DNA of 64,000 bases from Tubiluchus corallicola (Eukaryota; Animalia; Priapulida): positions 372,001 to 436,000 of the forward strand of contig JAQGDQ010000088.1 in the NCBI GenBank assembly GCA_030141605.1. The letters are read 5' to 3'. The notes below the pieces were generated by a model. The model was given only the letters and a program-made list of their open reading frames with translations, was not told where the DNA came from and did not search any database. A program made the position numbers and the translations under genes. Below are positions 54,001 to 64,000 of this stretch, piece after piece. Each line of letters opens with the position of its first letter. The stretch's first letter is position 1.

Positions 54001-57000
54001 TAAAAGTTTTATTTAAGGCTTCATACAGTTAGTTTTTTGCATATTGGTTTTTCCCACGTGCAACTAGCATTACACAAAAGAATCCATGTCATTTTGGAAA
54101 TCTGATCAAATAGAAATTTAATTTAAACTGTGTAGTACATGTAGTACTAGCTTTTATACCACTAGAACAATTTTGTCACATTTTTGCCTTCAATAAGTAA
54201 ACCACCTGTTACTACTGTTACAGTATCAACATTGAATTAAATAGCCCATCTGTTAAATAATTATTATATTAGTTTTTGTACGAGTTATATTAGTTAGTTA
54301 TATTACTTAATTATTTGTATTCACTTAATCTTTATGCAGTTTTATACAATTTCTGCTTATAAAAAGTGATTTAGTTATTTTGTGATTTTGCAGACATTTG
54401 GACAACAAATATTTGGAGTAATGGCATGGATTATGCCATTATTTGTTGCTTGCTCAACATTTGGTGGACTAAATGGTGGAATTTTTGCTTCATCTAGGTA
54501 TGTCAGTAATTGATTGGGCACTTAAATTATAGCAGAGCATGCTAAAAACTAAATTGGCCACTATCATTGACAGTTTAGGACAATACACTCCTATTTTAAA
54601 TTGTCTCATTTACATATAAAGGTTACTGCTTTAGTCTTAAAATATCATTTTTAGAATATTGTAAAAAAGCTAGCACAAGGCAAATAATTGTGAAAAATGG
54701 TGCTTTTAATTCTTGTAGTAATACTCTAATTACTCATTTTCGTGAGGGTATCTTTATTTTCAGCACTGCCCTTTTATTATTAAACAAAATGAAAAGCATA
54801 TTTATTAATAGCCATTCATAAAACCTAACTAATGAAATGCTGTACTTTTTAAGTTCAAGTTCAATCAGTTTATTTCATATACATTGCATAACGTAATACT
54901 TTTTACCATTTGGAACAATTAGCCTTGTTTGTAAACTATTGTTCAGGTTTTACATTTTACAGTGATGCCCATAACCACACAGACCCCAGGGAGGCACAAA
55001 CTCTCCAGCCTCAAATTTACAACATCTTACAGCAACACACAAAATAGTAATGTTGCACTGTCTCAGTAAGGAAGCTGTGTGTCCATCTTAGGTGGCTACT
55101 TGTTTAGTCCCTTACGATGAGGCGTCTTATTAGGGTAGAGGACTTTTTGGCTGCAAATGTTGAAACTACTAGTAGAGATGACCCTAATCACATACATAGC
55201 ATTCAAAACTAGTTCAATGTCTATTTTTCACCCAAACAACAATCATGCTTATCATACCAGTATAAAATATAAATGCACCTTAGAAAATTGAATTATTAAT
55301 GAACTTAACAACTTTTGTAACTGGTTAATTCTGTACCCGATATAATTTAATCTATTCTGCACCAAACTTGAACGATAATTTTGAAAATCGGCCTGTAAAA
55401 TTTCTGCAGCAAAAATGAAGGAATTGTTTCCAAAAAATGCACGGTCTCAATGAATGTACCAGCACGATGCATATGAACATTGCATTTTGACTGAAACAGA
55501 ATGAACTTTTATTTGGATTGCATTGAAAAAACTAAGCTTTGTCCAGAGCTCATGATACTGGGCCGTCCCGGCACTCTTCTCGATTCCACTTTTTGCAATT
55601 ATATGCTTCTGTTTTTCTTTCCTTTGTTCGTACGCCTGTGTTTTTGTCTCACCAGTAGACAGCAAGCACCTAACTGCCTATTCTTGTTATCCTACGCTAT
55701 GGTATCTGGAAGCAGCATGCAGAGCTCTGGGGACCACATTTTATTTTGTGCCTTCTAATTTTGTCTTAGCTTGGTTAATGTATGTCTGCTTCTGTATTAA
55801 TAAATCTACCTGTTGATACAAATGTCGTTGCAAATGTTTTTTTCTACAAAGGGAGCTTAAAAATTATAATTTTTGTAGCACATCAAGATTAGTAAAATAT
55901 ATTTTAACCAAGTCACTGTAAATATTCATGTAATGACTGTATATATTATGTATTCTTTTTCTGTAGGTTATTTTTTGTCGGATCTCGACAGGGTCATCTT
56001 CCCAGCTGTCTAGCTCTAATCAGTACTATCCACGTTACGCCAATGGCTTCTCTCATTTTTGTTGTAAGTCCATACTTGGTTATATGTTTTTAGTTTGCAT
56101 GGTTAAGGTTTACGGACAGGAACAAGTTGATGATAGTAGACTTCAATATTTTTGCACCATAACCTCATTTTCACGTATGGTTTAAAATATACACTTGATT
56201 ATGTGCATTAAATAATAAAATGTTTCTTATATAGAAATATCAGCTAGGCAGCTTAATTAATGGCCTGGAAGACAGCCAACATGACGTTACTGTTGGTTAC
56301 AAATTTTCAAAGATCAGAACCGTCCTTCTGTGTCTTGTACATGTGCTTACAAATGAAAATACTGCAATAAAGCTCTGCTGTATGACATTACTGCAGAAAC
56401 TTGGATAATTGTAAGTTCACAAAATAAAGTTCATTGTTAGGCTAACACAAATTTCATGGAGCTGTCGTGATGTTGTGATTTGTTTGGATTGTTTATCCAC
56501 TTCTGCTAATTTGGTAATACAGTAGAGCATTTATTTTTTACACTACACATTTGCAAGAAACAGACATTATTGATAATTGTTCAGTAATAGTTTTCATCAA
56601 TACTTACCTTGCATAATAACGTGATGATATTCAGTATTTGTGACTGTGGTACGCATATGCAAAAACCAGTTTAGTAAGTGCTGCATACAGTAATTTCATC
56701 TCTTGTTTTATTTTCAGTGCATCTTGTCAATTTTGATGTGTATAGGTTTTGACGTTTACATGCTTATCGATTATGTCAGCTTCATTGAAGTCTTCATTGT
56801 TGTTGTTTCTATCAGTGGCTTGTTATTCCTGAGGTGGAAAAGACCAAATTTGGACCGACCAATTAAGGTAAGTTGTGCATTGTGTACTATTTTGCTTATG
56901 CATTTTCTGCATTTTAGACAAAATTGAAAATTACGAGTCATAAGAAATGCTAACTTTCATCTGCTAATGCATCTTTCATGTACTTACATCCTACGATTTA

Positions 57001-60000
57001 AGCCAAGAATTTTATGCATCATATTAAAAATCAATTTGAATCTTCTAATGTCCTTGCTGCTAACATATTCTTTCCGTATTAGGTTTTTCAGGGCTAATAG
57101 TATTTTGTATAATAGTATGATGTTGATAAACAAGTGAAAAATGATCGGAGCTGTAAATTTGAGTTATTATTCATTTGTAAACCTCATCTGTTTAAAGTTA
57201 CATCATGTGAAATTATCATTTTGAAGTACCCTGCTAACAGCATGTAGGTCAAAAACCCAATTGTCACTTATTTGACGCTGTTACCTATTGCCGTCGTGAA
57301 CAAAAATAAACAAATAAATAAATGATCGAGTAACTTAACAGAATCATTTTTCTGTTTTTCTTTGATGTTTGTAGCATGATTTTAAGGTTAAATAAACAAA
57401 AACAGCTGGAACTACTACTTCTATTTGCCTAGTATTTAACAAGTGAAGAAGTTTTTTGCTTTGTTTTTAGCAATGCATCCAGCCTTGTTCTATCTGAATT
57501 TCACCATCATCCAGTGGAGCTTATTGTTGTTTGGTGTTTGTACTGCCTCTTTTCTTCCACAAATTAAAAATTTATTATAGCTCTAACCATTTAAGTGATA
57601 TTTATTTATGTTAATTAAGTTCTATGTATGTGAATAGCATAATTTGACCGTTATTTCGTTTTTCAGATTTGGCTACCTATACCGATCATCTTTCTCTTAT
57701 TCTGTACAGCATTGTTAATTCTTCCATTCTGGGAGGCACCTGTTTCAAGTATTATGGGTGTGGTAATCACATTAGCTGGCATTCCTGTTTACTTCATTTT
57801 CATACACTGGCAACACAAGCATCCATTATGGCTAAGCTCTTCAATCAGTAAGAACATCTATCAAGCAATCTATTTTAAGATAAAATTTATCTTTTATTTG
57901 ATAAATTTGATATCGATTTCTAGGTATTGTAGAAAATTTCAATCTTATTAAAAATTTATATCGTTAAAGAGTTGTTCAGTTTATAATATTAATAGCGCTG
58001 TTTGCAACAAGACTAGTACCAGTCTCGATATCGCTGAGATTATAGCTTTTTTTGAAGGCCTTGGTCCTGGCAATCAGTCTAGATGAGAATCGAGACAATT
58101 ACGGTAATGATGAAATTGATAAACATAATAGGGTTTCCAAGAACTGATAAAATGTTTTTAACATTATGGAGTTTCAGCAACATGTAGAAGCTATAAAAAC
58201 TAGTTATGTGTAGTAACAACCTTGGTAATGTTAGATATACATGGGCAGTGGACTCCATAAATTACGAATCTTGTGTTTGCTGTTGCTAACTTACTAGCAG
58301 GACCATTCTTCAGTTTGTAGATGTGCAGATGACAGGTGTCTGAACAGTCCTGTGAAGCTTTAATCCTGATGTAGTTTTCTGCAAACTGAAGCACAAGAAC
58401 AAAACATTGTTTTTGCATGTGTAGATTGTTGTCTATTGTCCACTGTTGGCAACTTGCATATTCCTGTCATTGTTTCAAACCAAAAAAAGACTGCTAAACA
58501 CATATTTGTGGTAATATTACTTATCCGTCAAGAGATTTCATTTTGTCATTCACATAGTTATTTACCTTTATATTAAATTAATACAGTTGATAAAAACCGT
58601 TGAAGTGATGTTTGTAGGACCATTACATTTAGGTAACTGCAGCAACAACCGAAAACCTCCCTCTAGAACAGTTGTACCTGAGTAACCTAACTCGCCTATT
58701 ACAATATAATAGAGATTTACAAACAATCCCATCAATCAGCTGCTGTAAAGCTGAACAAACATTTGGTGTAAGCAATCAGTTTCACTTTAGAAAATTAGCT
58801 GAGCTGCTTTTTAAGATGATGTTACGAGTTTATGTGTCACCAAAGAATTCCTGATGCTTTATAAAACTAGTGACTATTATGTAATCTTTCGATAAAACTG
58901 ACGAATTAAGTGATTAATTTAATCCAAATGTTACAAGTTTTCTATAATAAAAACTTATTGTTCATTACTTTAATAGACTTTATACTGCCCCCTGTAATAG
59001 TGTCATAATGGATGCAGGGCATTGTGCTACATTTAACTCAGTTTGAGTGTGTATAAGCTGCTTATCAGTCTCGATCCCGGATGAGGTCTGGATAGGCCAA
59101 TCTCGGTCCCAATCTTGATCTTATAAGAGCCAATTAATAATAATAATTATTATTTTTTATGAGCAATATACCAATGTCTCATTGTTTGTTACGACATGTG
59201 ATTAACTGAAAAAGATTTAAAAAATGTAACAGCTTGGAAAGACACATTTGTAAAAATTGCACTACAGATTCTGTGAGCATCTTATATAAAAATTGCTTTA
59301 AAAGGCAATCAGACATAGAAAGAAATCACTTAATATATTTCACCAGAATGAAAACTAGACACTTTGTAAATAAATTTTTCAATATAGAAGTTTTGGTTAT
59401 AATTTCACAGATTTTGTGGTTCATAGCTTTATAATTTGTGTAGCAGATACAGTGAAAAAGCTTCCTTTCTACAACTTTTGTTGAACATATCCTCTGGTAC
59501 TGATAACTGGCATGGAATTAAATTTTTTGTTGGCTCTGGCATGTCATAGCTGATGAATTAAAAAAGATAGTGTGGTGTTTGAGTGTGCAATGTTTTAAAT
59601 GTTAATAATGCTGACCCTTTTTAATGAGCAACCAGTGAAAGTGTATCAGTAATGGCTTAATGTGATCGAATTTTCTGGGCTTTATAATCAAAAGATGGAG
59701 TTTGCACTACCTGAGCTACATTATACATTTTTTTTGAAAATCCTTTTTAAAAAAGATATAGCAGTCAAGCTGCTATCACTTGAACATATTTACTCATTAA
59801 ATTTTTGCAATCTAAGTTATTAACTAATATTAAATAATTTTAACTTAATTAGTTTTATAAATGTCATTTATATCTTTAATTCTCGATGGAGACTTGACAC
59901 ACCTTTTTTGTGTTTCAGATAAATTTACAAGGGGCACACAAAAGCTTCTTATAAGTCTACCCGAGTCTCATCACGTTCCAAAGGGAGCACATTTAGATTA

Positions 60001-60001
60001 G
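45083..60001 (+). CDS. SLC7 L-type amino-acid transporter light chain (LAT1/LAT2/y+LAT-like), 10 coding exons, 511 aa
   Basis: Exons 45083-45605, 46215-46340, 49872-49974, 51306-51350, 52009-52132, 54394-54497, 55967-56063, 56718-56867, 57667-57847, 59919-60001 (1536 nt, GT-AG, phases consistent). Motifs: [63 protein letters not shown] (heavy-chain disulfide Cys), [35 protein letters not shown]...[28 protein letters not shown]. The exact paralog cannot be resolved by eye. Confidence 0.95.
47847..48144. repeat. Long imperfect inverted repeat (MITE-like) in an SLC7 intron
   Basis: 47847-47907 (ataatctgtacagaagctgaatggttaatgtaatattataaagat...cttaacttgc) is complementary to 48061-48144. The right arm carries an extra palindrome, acagcgcgcgctgt. 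Confidence 0.75.
52340..52410 (+). mobile_element. Possible degenerate tRNA-derived SINE head
   Basis: A-box-like taactcagtgg (52344-52354) and B-box-like ggttgacttt (52394-52403) at plausible spacing. No cloverleaf. Confidence 0.25.
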
Positions 60002-62534
60002 TTGTTATTCACATTGTTTGTGAAGTTGTAACTTAACTATGGAATAGTGTTTAATGTCCATACAGTTCACACTTCACATGATAAGAGCCATAACAGTTGC
60101 TCAATTTTGGACGTTTTCTAAATAAATTATTTTTGGCAACCTGGTAAACCCTGCTTACTTCATTTTCAAAATAAGAAAGTGTTTACACCATCCTTGCATA
60201 GTTTCACATTCATGGGCATCTATGTAATTTTATAAAAACAAACTAACTATTCTACTAGGAACTGTATTTAAATTTTTTAATTGATGTTTTCTTTAAACAA
60301 AACTTGTGTCTTTTGATTTGAACTTGATGTTTCAAATCATATCTGACTAGGTGACTGGCATTCTGATAATATCATTATACCTTTTGGCCGGAAGGTCGAA
60401 CTTGCAATTGTATTGTTTGAATCTCGTTTTCTTGTACATCTGTAAAGTGAGCTTTGTACTTTGAAATGGGTGATTCATAATTTTTTTTAGAAATTGTGCT
60501 GAACTACCAGCTGTTTTGCTAATATTTTTAGAAATCATCCATTTTTTGTGCCTTTCGTGGTTTGCATTATTCTTTGACAGATTTAATTTGTATGGTAGCT
60601 TTTAAGGAAGTTTGTAAATCCATTTTTCATGTGCATTTTATGGCAGCCATTTAATTGTATCGGACACGGGTTTATGACAAAACTGTTTGATGTAAAATCT
60701 ATGTATTGTCTTCGCAAATAATGAGTTTGTCCCAATTTAAATCTAGGACTTTTAAGCTATTTTTGTAAATTATTCTACTACTATTAGCGTAAAAGAAGTT
60801 CTGTTTTTTTTGTAACATACTGAAAATTGGCTCAGTATATTTAATGAAGCTTTATGAGTTCTATCTAAAATCGATATGTGTGCATTTGTCTGTTTATTTT
60901 ACAGCATGGCAAGTATCTTTAATCGATTCAGAATTTTAGTTAGATAAAATAATTATTTTGCTGTTTTTTGTCATTAAATATGTGATTTTTATGGGTTTAT
61001 GTTTAATGATGTTTATATAATTTTATAAATTAACTAAAACGAATTTAATGCCAGTATTTTTTACATTTATGATTCATTTATTTGCAGATATTTTGGGTGT
61101 AAGACAGTGTGCTATGTGCTGCCAGTTTTGTTATCAAATGAATTTGATAATATTGTTTGCATAATGATACCAAGATAATGATTTATTTTTATAGGTATTA
61201 TTCTTGTGTAAAAGTTGCATTCGAGTGTTTGTATGTGGGTTTGTGTGAGAGAGCCATGTTCTATTTTGTAAGCCTGTTAATAAGTGCCTGCTTTTTGATG
61301 GAAGCTTCACTTTTTGTGTTTTGACTTTAATGGTTACATGTTATAGTAAAAAAAACTTTACCAGAGTCTGCCGTCCTTATTCACCTCTTTTTGCTGTGTT
61401 ATGTTGTGTGTTTAATTAATAAGAATAGCAGCACTTTCAACTAACAGTAATAAATTACATTGATAAATGTTTTATCTGTGGCCAATTCTGTGAAAATATT
61501 TTTAATTATGGAAAAAAATATAGCAAACAAGCATGTATTACCATTTAATAAAACGTTTACATACCTAGTCGATAGAGAAAATCAGATTTAAATGTGCTTG
61601 TAGGAAAAAAGTAGATCACTTTCATTTTTTCATTTTTCAGTTGTTTTTCTTCCATTCAACATGCACTTGTTATTGGTAGCAGAGATTTTTGTACTTGTAC
61701 TACCAATGTGCAAATGCATCGGAACTGTAATGTTTGTAAAAAATAAAGGCATGCTAAACTTGACTTTTTTAATCTTTTAATATATATATATTATATTTTA
61801 TGTTAAATATAAAATATTTATATCTTTACTTTATAGGACATTATAAGAAATCTGTCAATGAAGAAAAACATTGTTAAAAAGCTTATAATGCAAGGAAAGC
61901 TAACATCTGCAGTGGAAGACTTGCATGTATTATAAAAGTCACGCATTAATATCGCAAAATCCAACATTAAAATTGTCTGCGTGAAGGGCCTACATCTATT
62001 TATTATGGCCAAATCAATTTATTTCATTCCAGCAATACATATACAATACATCAACATAAAATATCATGAGAAAAACAGCAGTATACCAGCTAAAAAATCA
62101 TTGTTGAAAGCAAATTAACGAAATAAATTAATTGTTGCATGAACCTTGAAATCGTTGCTTGTTAAGATCATGAATGAGTGAATAAAAAACGAATGATGTT
62201 TGCTTTATGTTCAATGGTACCCAATTAAACTTGTACATCCGGGGTAACAAAGCACATTCATTCTGACACAAATCAGCAAACATCGTTGGTAAACAATCGT
62301 AGGTTTCTAAAATTTGATGTCAGCTTAAATTCTAGCTGTTTGATTTTTCTAATCTTTTCTTTCTGTAGATATGAGAGAAAGCGACCGTTAACCGTCATTT
62401 GAATGACATGTCTGTAAAAATTAACCTTTAGGTTATGTAAATTAAACAAGTCTTTTAATGATTTTTTAAAGAGCCAATTTGATATTTCATTGAAAAGTAT
62501 CTCGTCACTACCAGTTTACCCTAAACGCATGGAT

Positions 62535-63158
62535 GTAGGTAAAAATGCTCAGGTAAAAATGGCACAGGAAAAAATGGCAAACGCATAGTAAAATACGTGT
62601 TTAGGGTTATCTCTCAAAAGGAAGTTATGCTTCAACTCAGTTTGTCTGTCTGTGTAGTTTTTTGTCTGTAATGACAGTAAGCCTAGCTTTTACGCAAGAA
62701 TTATGTAATGTACAGACTTCCAAGAAACGTTGTGAAGAAAGGCGAGTATAGAGTGCCAATCGGGATTTTTTTCGCCGTTCTTTTTTTGTAAAACTTGGCC
62801 AAACGTCACGTACAGAAAAAAACACTTCGTGGAGGTCTCAGAAGGGGTGTTTAGTACTTACTTTTTTTATTTCTGCCTGGATAAACAACTATACGAGGTA
62901 GTTTCAGTTCCATTTTGAAAAATTCTCGCTCGCTGGTAACTAAAACTGTGTAACGTACGCTGTGCATAAGCTTTGCTTTTTAATGTGTATAACCTTATTA
63001 TTGATTATCGTGCATTATTGTTTATCAATCTATTTATTGAAACAAATATTTTGTGAGTCTATATAATACCTTTACAGGTGCATTTTTACATGCTTGCTTG
63101 TTTATCTTTGTGTTAAATTTTTTTTAGTCAAAAGAATCAGACGAATTTTATCGCGCAC
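62535..63158. mobile_element. Possible degenerate MITE bounded by a 9-bp direct repeat
   Basis: cgcatggat at 62526-62534 and 63159-63167. Three subterminal aggtaaaaatg/aggaaaaaatgg units on the left and a complementary gcatttttac near 63080. TIR match is weak. Confidence 0.3.
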
Positions 63159-63749
63159 CGCATGGATATATCATTTGGATGGAATATTTTTTTAACTGAC
63201 ACCAAATCCTGGAAACCATCATTTGTTGTAAAAATAACAGTGCTCTCTGCGATCGACAGTTCAGTCCTAGTCTGTCAAATTTCAATAATCCTAAAGTTAC
63301 CAAAAAGAAGAATCTCACTGTTGGCAAAAAATGCATAATCTACGGTGCCTTTCTGAGCAAAGTTACCTAAGATTGAGATGAGCAGTCTAACGTTTTGTAA
63401 TTGGTCATTGAACACATACATGACATTATGTTTAAATCATGCTGTCGCAAAAATCAGTAAATGGCCAGTACAGGTCCTTGTATTAATGTGTTGTCAGCAT
63501 AGTATTTGAATAACAGATAGTAGATGGGCTGTCAAGCAATTCGAGTAATGCTATACTATTGACAGAACTATCTTCTTTCTTGTCGGGAATAGTATCTGGG
63601 GAATATGTAACTATTCATGATATGCTTTATACAAATGTTCGCAGTCCTGATATTATAAATGCACAGCTGTTAAGTTAGTAATTAAGCTGTAATCACCTGT
63701 GCTGGACTATCTCTACCTCCTCCCTCACTAAAGAATGGTACGAATCCAA

Positions 63750-63994
63750 AATGGACCAATCACATCGCTGGAGTTGCGTCAGAAACCGGCTTTGTGCACG
63801 CTGCTACCATCCGTACTCGCATCTTATGGTCGCAGTTGTAGCGTGGTTAGTAAATATTTACGAGCGCACGAGGTTTTATTCAGAAGTATACATACTCATT
63901 CAGTAGTCTCATTCTGATTGCGTCTTGTTTAAAACGTTTAAATGGACGAATGGTTTTGTGTCTAACCGTACTGAAGTTTTTTCTGGGTGTAAGT
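63750..63994 (+). promoter_or_regulatory. Candidate promoter and first exon of the next gene
   Basis: CpG-rich patch with CCAATCA and TTGCGTCA. ATG at 63950 opens MVLCLTVLKFFLG, ending exactly at a GTAAGT donor (63989). The rest lies outside the window. Confidence 0.35.
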
Positions 63995-64000
63995 ATTAGT

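Noticed and set aside
59070-59115. cggatgag-gtct-ggat-aggc hairpin resembling a hammerhead
   Set aside because: The catalytic core is broken (CGGATGA, no GAAA). More likely a transposon fragment with gtctcg motifs.

Overview
This is an AT-rich, intron-rich animal (most likely invertebrate) nuclear window; no taxon can be assigned from the sequence alone. Four protein-coding genes can be reconstructed by hand with consistent splice phases. (1) Condensin I kleisin NCAPH/barren (+), whose whole CDS lies in one exon. (2) kappaB-Ras NKIRAS (+, 7 coding exons, 201 aa). (3) tRNA m5C methyltransferase NSUN2 (-, 20 coding exons, 754 aa, one GC-AG intron). (4) An SLC7 L-type amino-acid transporter light chain (+, 10 coding exons, 511 aa), head-to-head with NSUN2. 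A possible first exon of a fifth gene sits at the right edge. Introns and intergenic DNA hold decayed CR1/L2-like and RTE LINE pieces, one young RTE insertion with a perfect 17-bp TSD, a decayed pogo/Tigger transposon with a nested foldback MITE, other MITEs and local tandem duplications. I found no convincing novel biological system. The best leads are the intronless NCAPH, the shared NSUN2/SLC7 promoter with a Myc-type E-box, and a promoter-like CpG-rich segment in an SLC7 intron with ATF4-type motifs and an in-phase candidate alternative first exon. Most short ORFs in the supplied track are noise.
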